Part shown: positions 1 through 11,029 of the stretch, piece by piece
Numbering within the stretch: the stretch's first letter is position 1
Layout of the letters: each line of letters begins with the position of its first letter
Source of the DNA: Planctomycetia bacterium
Lineage (GTDB): Bacteria > Planctomycetota > Planctomycetia > Pirellulales > JACPPG01
Length of the DNA: 64,000 nt
Direction of reading: 5' to 3'
NCBI GenBank assembly: GCA_016191115.1
Contig: JACPPG010000023.1
Span: 69,062 to 133,061, forward strand
Position numbers and translations under genes: made by a program
Notes under the pieces: model-generated
The model's input: the letters and a program-made list of their open reading frames with translations, nothing else
Database searches by the model: none
Told to the model about the DNA's origin: nothing

Positions 1-109
1 GAAAGCGGCCAAACATCGAGGAAAGGGACGTGCCCTCCCGCGCGGCCAGTTTCTTGGCTCTTTTGACCAGTTCCTTGTCCGCGCTAAGCGTCAATTTCGT
101 CATCCGCAT
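1..109 (-). CDS. short antitoxin-like (ribbon-helix-helix/DUF6364-like) protein, N-terminal part only; runs off the window
   Basis: Not in the ORF track because it is partial. The reverse complement of 1-109 starts ATG CGG ATG and reads MRMTKLTLSADKELVKRAKKLAAREGTSLSSMFGRF. This K-L-T-L-S-x-D...AK..A...G-x-S-L-S pattern is typical of small antitoxin N-termini. Confidence 0.35.
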   Translation of the reverse strand, partial: MRMTKLTLSADKELVKRAKKLAAREGTSLSSMFGRF

Positions 110-215
110 CACGGATCCCTCTTGGAATACGTAGTCTCTGTGGAGATTATACGTGTTTCCGCGCCGGCGGGAAGCGCCACAGGCGGGATGCCCGCGGGCG
201 CCGCGTGGCGACGGC

Positions 216-863
216 TCAACTTCTCGTGGAATACCTGCCGCGGGCCCCGATCGCCGCCGCCGCCAGCACCGAGCCCACCATGTTCGACACCAGGTCCCAG
301 CCGGTGTTCTGGTAGCCGCCGACGTTGGTTTCGGGCACCATCAATGTGGCGGCGAACTCGATGACTTCGTTGAGCGCGCCGAAGCCCATCCCCGCCGCCG
401 CGCACAGCACGAGCATGCCCGGGCTCGGCGTGATACTCCTTCGCGGCTGACCGGTCCGCGCGGCGAGGATTGCCTGCAGCGACTGCCAGCAGACCCACGT
501 CGTGACGAAGAACCCGAAGGCGTGTACGACCTGGTCGTACTTCAGGCGCCCGGGGATGAGCCACAGGCTGTAGAGAACGTGGTTCTCGCCTTCGATCGGC
601 CAGCTCTCGGGCACTCTCACCAGGCCGCCACACATATGGGCGAGTCCCCAGAGGCTCAACCCCCACAGCACCGGAGTGCTGAGCCCGATCCGCCAGTGTA
701 CGAGCCCTACCAGGGCAATCAGCAGGAACATCACGCCGATATAGATGGCGAACTCGGCGTTGCCGATGGTCCAGGCCGTGACGACGGCGATGGCCAGATA
801 GAGGAGCGTAAAGGCTCCCACGCCCCACAGGCTGGCATGGCGCTGGTCGTTGCGGCCGGCCAT
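216..863 (-). CDS. DUF2238/YjdF-like integral membrane protein
   Basis: ORF 216..1112(-) trimmed to the ATG at 863 (MAGRNDQRH...); the upstream part is Arg/Ala-rich and not protein-like. Several hydrophobic helices. The YDQVVHAFGF and LNEVIEFAA motifs resemble DUF2238. Confidence 0.55.
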   Translation of the reverse strand: MAGRNDQRHASLWGVGAFTLLYLAIAVVTAWTIGNAEFAIYIGVMFLLIALVGLVHWRIGLSTPVLWGLSLWGLAHMCGGLVRVPESWPIEGENHVLYSLWLIPGRLKYDQVVHAFGFFVTTWVCWQSLQAILAARTGQPRRSITPSPGMLVLCAAAGMGFGALNEVIEFAATLMVPETNVGGYQNTGWDLVSNMVGSVLAAAAIGARGRYSTRS

Positions 864-1014
864 CTTTACCCCCCCTTTCCGATTCGACGTGGATCGGTCC
901 GCCGCGGCCCCGGAGATGGAAAGAGTGCAGCGGCCTCCGCCCCTTGTTACCATAGCCGGCACGCTCCTGGTGTTCGAGAGGAAACCGAGTCCCGGTCCGC
1001 GAGCGACGCGCAAC

Positions 1015-1992
1015 ATGAAGTCAAACCATCGCCTGCGAACGTTCGCCTGCCTTGTCGCGGTGGTCGTGTTGTGGACCAATGGCGCGGCACGCGCCGCGGC
1101 CGATGACACCAAGAAGTTCGGGGGTTTTCCGCCGGAACTGGTGGACTTCGTCCCCTACGAAAAGAACCCGGTGTTCACCGCCGCCGGCCCCGGCCATTGG
1201 GACGCGAAGATTCGCGAGCGCGGCTGGATCATCAACGAAAACGGGCAGTACCGCATGTGGTACACCGGCTATGGCGGCGCCCGCGTCGGCTGGAAGGCGC
1301 TGGGCCTGGCCACCAGTGCCGATGGCCTGTCGTGGGAGCGCTACCCCAACAATCCGATCTACGACGCGCGATGGACCGAGGACATGATGATCGTCCGGCG
1401 CGACGCCACGTACTACATGTTCGCCGAAGGGTTCCGTTACGGCCGGGCCTACGTCTTCGGCGGCCGCCCGATCGACGAGCCCCACTTGCTCACCTCGCCC
1501 GACGGCATCCGCTGGAAGCGCGCGGGGGCCCTCGAGATTCGCGACGCGGCGGGCCGCGTCAAGCCGGGCATCTACGGCACGCCCACCGCCTGGATCGAAG
1601 ACGGCGAGTGGAACCTGTTCTACGAGATCATGGACCGCGGCGTGTGGCTGGCCCGCGCGCGCGATCCGCGCGTGTGGACCAACGTCGACGACAAGCCGGT
1701 GCTGGTGCCCGGGCCCGATTCGTACGACAACCGGCTCATCGCGCTCAACCAGATCGTCAAGGACAAGGGGCGCTACTACGGCTACTACCACGCGATGGGC
1801 GACGACGAGCCGGGCCGCTGGTCGACGTGCGTAGCCTCGTCCGACGACTTGCGGCATTGGACCAAGTATCCCGGCAACCCGCTGGTGAAGAGCAACCGCT
1901 CGAGCGGCATCCTGGTGCACGACGGCCAGCGCTACCGGCTGTACACGATGCACGACCAGGTGGACGTGTACTTTCCAAGAAGTGGACGGTGA
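1015..1992 (+). CDS. secreted glycoside hydrolase, five-bladed beta-propeller type (GH43/GH130-like)
   Basis: ORF 850..1992 trimmed to ATG 1015, giving the signal peptide MKSNHRLRTFACLVAVVVLWTNGAARAAA. Blade-like motifs are WYTGYG, LGLATSADGLSWERYPNNPI, YYMFAEG, WNLFYE and YYGYYHA. Confidence 0.6.
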   Translation: MKSNHRLRTFACLVAVVVLWTNGAARAAADDTKKFGGFPPELVDFVPYEKNPVFTAAGPGHWDAKIRERGWIINENGQYRMWYTGYGGARVGWKALGLATSADGLSWERYPNNPIYDARWTEDMMIVRRDATYYMFAEGFRYGRAYVFGGRPIDEPHLLTSPDGIRWKRAGALEIRDAAGRVKPGIYGTPTAWIEDGEWNLFYEIMDRGVWLARARDPRVWTNVDDKPVLVPGPDSYDNRLIALNQIVKDKGRYYGYYHAMGDDEPGRWSTCVASSDDLRHWTKYPGNPLVKSNRSSGILVHDGQRYRLYTMHDQVDVYFPRSGR

Positions 1993-2130
1993 ACGGTGGA
2001 CAGTGGACAGTTTAGAAACCGCTACGCGGGAACGCGAGCGGTGCTCCGCCCGGCGCTCGGCCGATTGTCCTGAAACAACCCTTGGGGCTTAGCACGAAGC
2101 AGTGGACGGTGGACAGTGGACGGTGAACAG
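1981..2130. repeat. two 30-nt blocks of tandem GTGRACR heptamers (1981-2010, 2101-2130) flanking a stem-loop (2019-2041)
   Basis: Direct reading: AGTGGACGGTGAACGGTGGACAGTGGACAG and AGTGGACGGTGGACAGTGGACGGTGAACAG. The central hairpin is CCGCTACGCG-GGAA-CGCGAGCGG. Confidence 0.8.
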
Positions 2131-3993
2131 CATACGACGATTGCCCGCCGTGCGCGGCGCGCCGGCCGCGGGATGGCCGGCGCTCTCGCGATAGTATTAC
2201 TTCTCGCGACGATCGGGGTTTCGGTCGCGGCCGCGGCTGATGCGCCGTCGGACGGGCGGGTGATCACGATCTCAACCCCCATGCCGCCGCCGGAGTGGGC
2301 CTTGCTCGAGCGCGAGCTGTTGCGGGCCAACGCCGCCGCCTGCGAGGAGTTCTACGACCGCTACTTCGACGAGCGCGGATACCTGTTGTGCGTCGAGCGG
2401 TGGGGCGGCGACGACGGGCCCGACGACGCCATCGAGTGCGTGGCCGACTGGCCGCTGTTGGTGGCGCTCGGCGGATCGGACCGCGTGCTGTCGCTCTACA
2501 AGCGGGCCTGGGAAGGGCACCTGCGGCAGTACACGCTGGCCAAAACCGTCGAGGTCGAGTTCGCCCGCGACGGCATGTACTACAAGGAATTCCCCGTCAC
2601 GTTCGATTGGGTACACAACGGCGAAGGGCTGACGGCGTTCATCAACGAGGGGCTCGCCGACCCGCACGACGAAAAGTTCCAAGCCCGGGTCCGCCGCTTC
2701 GCCGGCTTCTACACCGGCGAAGACCCGGGTGCTCCCAACTACGACCCGCGGCACAAGATCATTCGCAGCCTGTTCAACGGCAGCCGCGGGCCGCTGTTGC
2801 GAAAGGCCACGGGCCTGGACTGGGCCGGCGACAAGATCGACGTCGAAGGGCGCTTCCAGCTTCGCCACGGCGAGCGCAGCTACGCCGAGATGCTCGCGCA
2901 CTTCCGCGACTACAACGACATTGTCGGCGACCATCCGCAGAATCTGTGCGCCACGAGCCTGCCGTTGGCCGCCTACATGCTCTCGCACGATACGAAGTAC
3001 CGCGACTGGCTCTTGGGCTACGTCGACGCCTGGGTTGATCGCATGGCGGCCAATAGCGGCATCATTCCCACCAATATCGGGCTCGACGGAACGATCGGCG
3101 GCGAGTGCGGCGGACGCTGGCACGGCGGCGTCTACGGATGGGGCTTCTCGGTGATGGACCCGGCCCGTGGGCAGATCGCCCATCGCAACATGCACGCTCT
3201 CGGCCTGGTCGGCTTCGGCAATGCCACGCTGCTATCGGGCAGCCAGCGCTATGCCGACGCCTGGCGGACGCAGATCGACGCCGTCAACGCCGCCGGACGA
3301 GAGATCGACGGCCGCATGATGTACCCCACGATGCACGGCGACCAGGGCTGGTACGCCTTCCAGCCCGCCAAATACGCCCACGGCGCCGACGAGGTCTACT
3401 ACTGGTCGATGAAGCCGGCCGACCGGGAGCGGCTCTCGGGCGGCGGTTGGCTGGCATTTCTGGACGGGCGCGAGCCGGGCTATCCCGCCGCCGCGTTGCG
3501 TGCCGATTTCGCCGCCCTCCGCAGCCGCGTCGAGGCCATGCGCCAGGACACCACAACGCCTGACACCCGGCTGGCCGACGACCCATTGATGGTCAGCCCC
3601 GCAACGGTCGTGACGCTGTGCAACCTGACGCTGGGCGGGCTGTATCCCGGCCACCATGCCTCGCACCTGCACGCCCGGGTGCGGTACTTCGACCCGGAGA
3701 CCCACCGGGCCGGCCTGCCCGAGGGCGTGGCCGCATTGGTCGAGCGGCTCTCGGCCGACGCCGTCACCGTCACCCTGGTGAACGTCGACCCGGTCCAGCC
3801 ACGATCATTAATCGTGCAAGGGGGAGCCTACGGTGAGCACCAAATTGCCACCGCCGCGATCGGGGATCGCGAGGAGCGGGTGGACCGGCCTTGGGTGGCC
3901 GTGCGGCTCGAACCAGGGTGCGGCGCCCAGTTGGTGCTTGGCACCAAGCGATACGTCAATCGCCCGACGCTGGCCCAACCGTGGGACGACTGA
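2116..3993 (+). CDS. exported hypothetical protein (625 aa), possibly glycan-active
   Basis: Long ORF with high third-position G+C. The N-terminus RRARRAGRGMAGALAIVLLLATIGVSVAAAADA looks like a signal peptide. The start (GTG 2116 or ATG 2173) is uncertain. I recognise no family. It is co-directional with the upstream glycosidase. Confidence 0.7.
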   Translation: MDGEQHTTIARRARRAGRGMAGALAIVLLLATIGVSVAAAADAPSDGRVITISTPMPPPEWALLERELLRANAAACEEFYDRYFDERGYLLCVERWGGDDGPDDAIECVADWPLLVALGGSDRVLSLYKRAWEGHLRQYTLAKTVEVEFARDGMYYKEFPVTFDWVHNGEGLTAFINEGLADPHDEKFQARVRRFAGFYTGEDPGAPNYDPRHKIIRSLFNGSRGPLLRKATGLDWAGDKIDVEGRFQLRHGERSYAEMLAHFRDYNDIVGDHPQNLCATSLPLAAYMLSHDTKYRDWLLGYVDAWVDRMAANSGIIPTNIGLDGTIGGECGGRWHGGVYGWGFSVMDPARGQIAHRNMHALGLVGFGNATLLSGSQRYADAWRTQIDAVNAAGREIDGRMMYPTMHGDQGWYAFQPAKYAHGADEVYYWSMKPADRERLSGGGWLAFLDGREPGYPAAALRADFAALRSRVEAMRQDTTTPDTRLADDPLMVSPATVVTLCNLTLGGLYPGHHASHLHARVRYFDPETHRAGLPEGVAALVERLSADAVTVTLVNVDPVQPRSLIVQGGAYGEHQIATAAIGDREERVDRPWVAVRLEPGCGAQLVLGTKRYVNRPTLAQPWDD

Positions 3994-4399
3994 GTGACGT
4001 TGTTCGATTCGAGCGGGCCAAGATTCTGCCGCGGCAAATTGTCGCAAGATGTACTCAGTTCGCCGGATATGTCACCGCGAGAGGCCCGTTTGGCGGCGAG
4101 AATTTGCTCGCTGGCGGGGCCGGATTTCTCTTGCAATCGAGCCACTTGATTTGCCATACTGATCGACGGTCGCTGATGCGTCGTGGCCGGACTCCCTTAT
4201 GGCCGTCCCGCGACGGCTGGTAACATCGGCAGCCGTACTCCCGCCTACGAATGATCCTGCCGCCCGGAAACGGGCCGCCCGCCCATACTGCTCGCCTGAC
4301 CATCCCCAGCAGGATCGGAGGACGAGCGGTCAAGCCACGGGCCAACGGCTAGTATGCTGGCCGGTCCCGTGGTCCCGCCCCAGAGTGAAGGAAGCTTGC

Positions 4400-7276
4400 A
4401 TGCCCCGCCGCAAGCCTTGCTGGCTACTGCTTGGGCTTTGTCGCGCCGCGGCGTTTGCGCTGGCGGTGTGGTGGGGCGCTTCCGGGCCGGCCGTGGTCCG
4501 GGCCGACGAGCCGTTGCACGAGCGGATCGACCGCGCGATCGAATCGGCCCAGGTCGTCCCCGCGGCCCCGCCGGCGAGCGACGCGGAGTTCATCCGCCGT
4601 GCGTCGCTGGATCTCATCGGGCGGATTCCCTCGGTGGCCGAGGTCCGCGCGTTTCTCGACGACCAAGCGCCCACGAAGCGCGAGGCGCTCGTCGATCGGC
4701 TGCTTGTGAGTCCTGAGTACGCCCGGCACATGGCGCAAGTGTTCGACGTGATGCTCATGGAGCGTCGGCCGGAGAAGCACGTGAAGCTGCCCGAATGGCA
4801 AGGCTACTTGTATGACTCGTTTGCGGCGAACAAGCCGTACGATCAGTTGGCGCGAGAGATCATCGGGGCCGACGGCGTCGATCCGGCCCTGCGGCCGGCC
4901 GCGCGATTCTTTCTCGATCGCGAAGGGGAAGCGAATCTCCTGGTGCGCGACGTGGGGCGTATCTTTCTCGGCGTGGACATGCAATGCGCGCAATGCCACG
5001 ACCATCCGCTGATCGCCGACTATTACCAGGCCGACTATCAAGGGCTGTATGCCTTCTTCAACCGCAGCTTTCTGCTCACCGACAAGGACGTCAAAAAAGT
5101 GGTCGTCGGCGAGAAGGCCGACGGCGAGGTGAATTTTCAGTCGGTGTTCGACGCCACGAAGAAGGGAACCGCGCTACCCAAGCTGCCCGGCGGCGAGCCC
5201 ATCCCTGAGCCGACGTTTGCCAAGGGGCAGGAATACGAAGTCGCGCCGGCCGACAACGTGCGGCCCGTGCCGAAGTACAGCCGCCGCGCGCAATTGGCCA
5301 AGGCCGTGGCCGGCGGGCAGAGCCGCGCGTTCGACCGCAACATCGCCAACCGGCTGTGGGCTCACCTGATGGGGCGCGGACTGGTCGATCCGGTCGATTT
5401 GCACCACGACGGGAACCCACCCTCGCACCCGGCCGTGCTTGAGTTGTTGGCCGATGCCTTTGGGGCCATGAAGTACGACATCAAGGTGATGCTGCGCGAG
5501 CTGGCACTGACGCGCGCGTATGGTCGCTCGATCGATCTGGCGCCCGAGATGCCGGCCCGCGGCGCCCAGCTCGAATCGCAATTGGCCGTGGTCGAGGCCG
5601 AGCGCGCGCAGGCGGAAGCCGCGGCGCGCCAGGCCCAGGAGGCCGCCGGCAAGGTCGGCGCCGAGCTGGCCGCGGCCCGCGCCACTATGGCGCCGGTGGC
5701 GGACGAGCTGGCCAAGGCGCAGGCGGCGGTGGCCGAGGCCAAGAAGAACGCCGACGCGGCCGGCCAGGCCGTCACGGCGGCGCAAAACGCGCTGCCGGCC
5801 AAGCAAGACGCCGCGCAGCTGGTGGCGGAAGCCGGCGCCAAAACGCTCGAAGCCACCACGAAGCTGCCCGACGACAAGGAGCTGGCTGACGCCGCCGCCA
5901 AGCTGAAGACTCGCGCCGAGCAGCTTACGGCCGAAGTGGCGGCGCTCGCCAAGACCGTGACCGACGGTCAGGCAACCATGAAAACCGCCGCGGAACAGGC
6001 GGCCGCGCAAGAGCCCGTCGCCGCCGCGGCGGCCGTAAAGGTCGAGCCCTTGAAGGCTCAGGTTGCCGCGCTGGCCGAGCACGCCAAGGCCGCCGACGCA
6101 AAGCAGCGAGGCGCGGCGGGCGTTCTCGTTCAGATCGCCGCGAGGATCGAGGACGCCAAGGCTATCGTCGGGTACGCGCATACGTTGGCGGCCGTCTCAG
6201 CGGCGCGCACCAATGTCGAAAAAGCGGATGCCGATCTGGCCGCGGCGCGACAAGCGGTCGCCGCGTTCCAGCCCCAGGTCGACCAGGCGGCGCAGGCTTT
6301 GACCGCCGCCGGGCAGGCCGCAACCGCGGCGGGCCAGGCCGTGGAAGAGGCGCGCAAAGCGCACGCCGATCGCAAGTCGACCGCCGACGCCGTGGCCGAG
6401 GCGCTAGCGAAGACCGAAGTCGCGCTAGCGAAGCTGCCGCAATCGGCCGAGTTGGCTCAGGCCGTGCAGTTATTGAAAACAAAGGCCGATCAGTCGGCCG
6501 CCGACGCCAAAGCCGCCGAGACGCAAATCGCCGAGCGCGAGACGGCTGCCAAGACCGTCGCCGAGCGGGCGGCCGCGGCGAAGCAAGCGTCGAACAACGT
6601 AGCGGCACAAGTGGCGCCCCTGGCGGCAAGCGCCCAGGCGGCCGAGCAAGCAGCCGCGGCCGCGCGACAAAAGGCCGATGCCCAACTCGCCGCCGCGGCC
6701 GACGCCCGCCGCGAGGTCGCCGAACGCGCCAGCGCCCGCTGCGCCGCGGCCACGCTCAAGCCCCTCACGCCCGAGCAGCTTGCCATGAGCATGATGCAGG
6801 CGGCGGGCGTGGTGGATCGCGAGCGGGCGGCGGTCGAGGCCGAATGGAACAAGAACCATCCCACGCCGGACGAGGCCGCGCAAAAGGCCCGGCCGCGGGA
6901 GATCGACCAAGTCACGAGCGAGAAATTGAAGCCCGGCGTGGCCGCCTTCGTCGCGCTCTTCGCCGCCGCGCCAGGCCAGCCGCAGCAGAGCTTCGCGGCC
7001 ACGGTCGATCAGGCGCTCTTTCTTGCTAACGGCGGGCAGGTCCGCGGCTGGCTCGCGCCGGCCGAGGGCAATCTCGCGGACCGGCTCGCCAAGCTCGCCG
7101 AACCCGTGCCCTTCGCAGCCGAGTTGTATCTCGCCGTCCTTTCGCGAACGCCCGCCGAGGCCGAAACGGCCGACGTGACCGCGCTGCTCGCCAATCGGGC
7201 GGCCGACCGGGCAGCCGCCGCGCAGGAGCTCATCTGGGCCCTGTTCTGCTCGGCGGAGTTTCGCTTCAACCACTAA
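4400..7276 (+). CDS. DUF1549/DUF1553 (PSD1-type) planctomycete protein with a ~400-aa Ala-rich coiled-coil insert
   Basis: ORF 4199..7276 trimmed to ATG 4400 (signal peptide MPRRKPCWLLLGLCRAAAFALAVWW). The DUF1549-like part is FIRRASLDLIGRIPSVAEVRAFLDD...LLVSPEYARHMAQVFDVMLMER. A CAQCHDHP motif is present. The DUF1553-like C-terminus ends in LIWALFCSAEFRFNH. Confidence 0.85.
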   Translation: MPRRKPCWLLLGLCRAAAFALAVWWGASGPAVVRADEPLHERIDRAIESAQVVPAAPPASDAEFIRRASLDLIGRIPSVAEVRAFLDDQAPTKREALVDRLLVSPEYARHMAQVFDVMLMERRPEKHVKLPEWQGYLYDSFAANKPYDQLAREIIGADGVDPALRPAARFFLDREGEANLLVRDVGRIFLGVDMQCAQCHDHPLIADYYQADYQGLYAFFNRSFLLTDKDVKKVVVGEKADGEVNFQSVFDATKKGTALPKLPGGEPIPEPTFAKGQEYEVAPADNVRPVPKYSRRAQLAKAVAGGQSRAFDRNIANRLWAHLMGRGLVDPVDLHHDGNPPSHPAVLELLADAFGAMKYDIKVMLRELALTRAYGRSIDLAPEMPARGAQLESQLAVVEAERAQAEAAARQAQEAAGKVGAELAAARATMAPVADELAKAQAAVAEAKKNADAAGQAVTAAQNALPAKQDAAQLVAEAGAKTLEATTKLPDDKELADAAAKLKTRAEQLTAEVAALAKTVTDGQATMKTAAEQAAAQEPVAAAAAVKVEPLKAQVAALAEHAKAADAKQRGAAGVLVQIAARIEDAKAIVGYAHTLAAVSAARTNVEKADADLAAARQAVAAFQPQVDQAAQALTAAGQAATAAGQAVEEARKAHADRKSTADAVAEALAKTEVALAKLPQSAELAQAVQLLKTKADQSAADAKAAETQIAERETAAKTVAERAAAAKQASNNVAAQVAPLAASAQAAEQAAAAARQKADAQLAAAADARREVAERASARCAAATLKPLTPEQLAMSMMQAAGVVDRERAAVEAEWNKNHPTPDEAAQKARPREIDQVTSEKLKPGVAAFVALFAAAPGQPQQSFAATVDQALFLANGGQVRGWLAPAEGNLADRLAKLAEPVPFAAELYLAVLSRTPAEAETADVTALLANRAADRAAAAQELIWALFCSAEFRFNH

Positions 7277-7292
7277 CGTGAAGGAGATCACG

Positions 7293-8579
7293 ATGCGCAC
7301 TTCCTATGCCTGTCGATCGCCCGAGCACTTCATCGCGCGGCGCCGCTTCCTGGGGCAACTGGCCGCCGGGGGCACGCTGGTCGGGGGCTTGGGCGCGCTT
7401 GTCCGTCCGGCCGCGGCCGAGCAATTGGCCAAGAGCCAGAAGCGGATCCTGTGCTTCTACATGGCCGGCGGGCTGAGCCAGTTGGAAAGCTGGGACCCCA
7501 AGCCCGGCACCGACACGGGCGGCCCCTTCCGCGCGATTCCCACGAGTGTCCCGGGCGTGCACATTTCGGAGCTGCTGCCGAACATCGCCAAACAGATGCA
7601 ACACCTGACGATCGTCCGCGGCGTGAACACCAAGGAGGACGACCACGGCAAGGGGAACTACCTGATGACGACCGGCCGCCGCCAGACGCCCGCGGCCGAC
7701 TATCCGCAATTGGGGGCCGTGGCCGCCAAGGCGCTCGCGCCCGAGGACGCGGCGATCCCCGGGCATATCCGCATCACGCCGGGGGGCGGTGGCGGTCGCA
7801 GCAACGATGCGGCGTACCTCGGGCCGCGCTATGCCAGCATCAGCCTGGGGGGCGGCAACCCGCCGTCCAATAGCGCCCGCGACGCTTCGCTGGCCGAAGC
7901 GGCCGACGTGGAGCGCAACGCGCTGCGGCGCCGCGCGGACGAGCGGTTCCTGCTTCGCCGCCGCTCGGCATTGACCGACGCCTACACGTACAGCTACGAG
8001 CAGGCGCAGGCCTTGATGCAGAAGCGCGAGGTGTTCGACGTCACCAAGGAGCCCGAGCAGGACCTGAATCGCTATGGCACGTTCGACTTCGGGCGGCATT
8101 GCCTGTTGGCCCGCCGGCTTTTGTCCAACGGCGCCACGTTCGTGCAGGTGACGCACTCGAACTACGACACGCACAACGAAAACTTCGATTTCCACCTGGA
8201 GCAGCTTGGCGAGTTCGACCAGTCGTTCGCGGCGCTCGTGGCCGATTTGGCCGAGCGGGGCATGCTCGATTCGACGTTGATCGTGGTCATCTCCGAGTTC
8301 GGCCGCACGCCGCGGATCAACCACTTTTACGGCCGCGATCACTGGTCGGCCGCCTGGAGCGTGCTGGTCGGCGGGTGCGGCGTGAAGCGCGGCGGGGCGT
8401 TCGGCAAGACTAACGCTGGCGGCACCGAGGTCGTCGACAACCAGGTCGACCACGGCCAGTTGTTCCACACGTACCTAAGCGCGGTTGGGCTCGATTCGAC
8501 CGGCACGTTCGACGTGGCGGGCCGCGCCATGCCCATGGCCGACCCGGCCACCTCGGCCATCAAGGAGCTGTTGGCATGA
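7293..8579 (+). CDS. DUF1501 (sulfatase-like) protein with Tat-type signal
   Basis: AAGGAG lies 6 nt before ATG 7293. The N-terminus is RRRFLGQLAAGG. The motifs CFYMAGGLSQLESWDPKP and VISEFGRTPRIN...GRDHW are typical of DUF1501. It immediately follows the DUF1549/1553 gene. Confidence 0.85.
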   Translation: MRTSYACRSPEHFIARRRFLGQLAAGGTLVGGLGALVRPAAAEQLAKSQKRILCFYMAGGLSQLESWDPKPGTDTGGPFRAIPTSVPGVHISELLPNIAKQMQHLTIVRGVNTKEDDHGKGNYLMTTGRRQTPAADYPQLGAVAAKALAPEDAAIPGHIRITPGGGGGRSNDAAYLGPRYASISLGGGNPPSNSARDASLAEAADVERNALRRRADERFLLRRRSALTDAYTYSYEQAQALMQKREVFDVTKEPEQDLNRYGTFDFGRHCLLARRLLSNGATFVQVTHSNYDTHNENFDFHLEQLGEFDQSFAALVADLAERGMLDSTLIVVISEFGRTPRINHFYGRDHWSAAWSVLVGGCGVKRGGAFGKTNAGGTEVVDNQVDHGQLFHTYLSAVGLDSTGTFDVAGRAMPMADPATSAIKELLA

Positions 8580-9628
8580 GCGAAGGCGCCGCCCAAGTCG
8601 CCGGGCAGCAGCAGACGCAACAGCCGGCCGCGCCGCCGGCGAAGCCGGACCCCGCCCAGACCCACGTCGAGAAGGAGTTCAAGTACGACAAGAGCCCGTT
8701 CATTTCCTGCCGGTTCGACCCGACCGGGCGGTTCGTCTTTGCCGGGGCGGAGGACATGACGGTCCAGCGGTGGGACCTGGCCACAGGCGCGCAGGCCTCG
8801 CTTGCCGGGCATTCAAGCTGGGTCCGCAGCCTGGGCTTTTCGCCCGACGGCGCGACGCTCTACACCGGCGGCTACGAAGGGCGGCTCGTGTGGTGGCCCG
8901 CCGCGGCCGATGCCCCCGCGCCGGCCCGCTCCGTCGAGGCGCACGCCGGGTGGCTACGGTGCCTGGCCGTGAGTCCCGACGGCCAATCGATCGCCACCGG
9001 CGGCAACGACAAGCTAGTCAAGCTGTGGAACGCGGCCGACGGCGCGCCTGTGCGCACCTTCACCGGCCATACGGCCAACGTCTACAGCGTGCTCTTTCAC
9101 CCGAGTGGGCAGTTTCTCCTTTCCGGCGACCTGATGGGCCAGGTGCAGCAGTGGGAAGTGGCCACGGGCAAGCTCATGCGCACCTTCGATGCCAAGGAGC
9201 TGCACACCTACGAAAAGGGGCAGGCCGTGGACTACGGCGGCGTCCGTAGCATGGCGCTTTCGCCCGATGGCAAGTCGCTGGCCTGTTCGGGCCTGCACAA
9301 GGCGACCAATCCGCTGGGCGCGGTGCAAGACCCGTTGGTGATCGAGTTCGATTGGGAGTCGGCCAAGCAGCGGATTCTGCACGCCCCGGACGCGAAGACG
9401 GTCGCTTGGCGCGTCGTCTATCACCCGGAAGGCTTCTTGATCGCCGGCTGCGGCGGGACCGATCCCTTGCTCCTGTTCCTCAAGCCGGACCAGGACAAGG
9501 AGTTCTTCCGCTTCAAACTCCCCAACACGGCCCGCGACATGGACCTGCACCCGGACGGGCTGCGGGTGGCGACGGCGCACTTCGACAAGCACGTCCGCAT
9601 CAGCCGGATGGCGGCGAAGGCAGGTTGA
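8576..9628 (+). CDS. WD40-repeat protein
   Basis: The ATG overlaps the DUF1501 stop (ATGA at 8576-8579). Repeated GH...SPDG....GG.D..V.LW units are present. The N-terminus is Q/P-rich with no obvious signal peptide. Confidence 0.8.
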   Translation: MSEGAAQVAGQQQTQQPAAPPAKPDPAQTHVEKEFKYDKSPFISCRFDPTGRFVFAGAEDMTVQRWDLATGAQASLAGHSSWVRSLGFSPDGATLYTGGYEGRLVWWPAAADAPAPARSVEAHAGWLRCLAVSPDGQSIATGGNDKLVKLWNAADGAPVRTFTGHTANVYSVLFHPSGQFLLSGDLMGQVQQWEVATGKLMRTFDAKELHTYEKGQAVDYGGVRSMALSPDGKSLACSGLHKATNPLGAVQDPLVIEFDWESAKQRILHAPDAKTVAWRVVYHPEGFLIAGCGGTDPLLLFLKPDQDKEFFRFKLPNTARDMDLHPDGLRVATAHFDKHVRISRMAAKAG

Positions 9629-9635
9629 TTTACCG

Positions 9636-11006
<1,371 letters not shown>

Positions 11007-11029
11007 GGCTGGAAACTCCCAGAAAGCAG

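Noticed and set aside
13-30. GAGGAAAG, reminiscent of the RNase P RNA conserved GAGGAAAGUCC
   Set aside because: The match ends after 8 nt, and it lies inside the partial antitoxin-like CDS.
109-828. Long antisense or out-of-frame ORFs throughout the track (e.g. 109..828-, 1021..1953-, 2272..3195-, 5174..6181-, 7266..8468-, 9934..10944-, 11329..12915+, 17501..19027+, 19261..20373-, 24076..25194-, 42782..44560-, 50172..51218-, 55110..56675-, 57840..58955-)
   Set aside because: They overlap genes with clear family signatures. Their translations are Arg/Ala/Gly/Pro-rich low-complexity text. These are the stop-codon-poor shadow frames expected in high-G+C DNA.
3828-4157. 109-aa ORF (MANQVARLQEKSGPASEQ...) in the lower-G+C spacer upstream of the DUF1549/1553 gene
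   Set aside because: Its 3' 165 nt overlap the end of the preceding 625-aa gene on the opposite strand. I recognise no motif.
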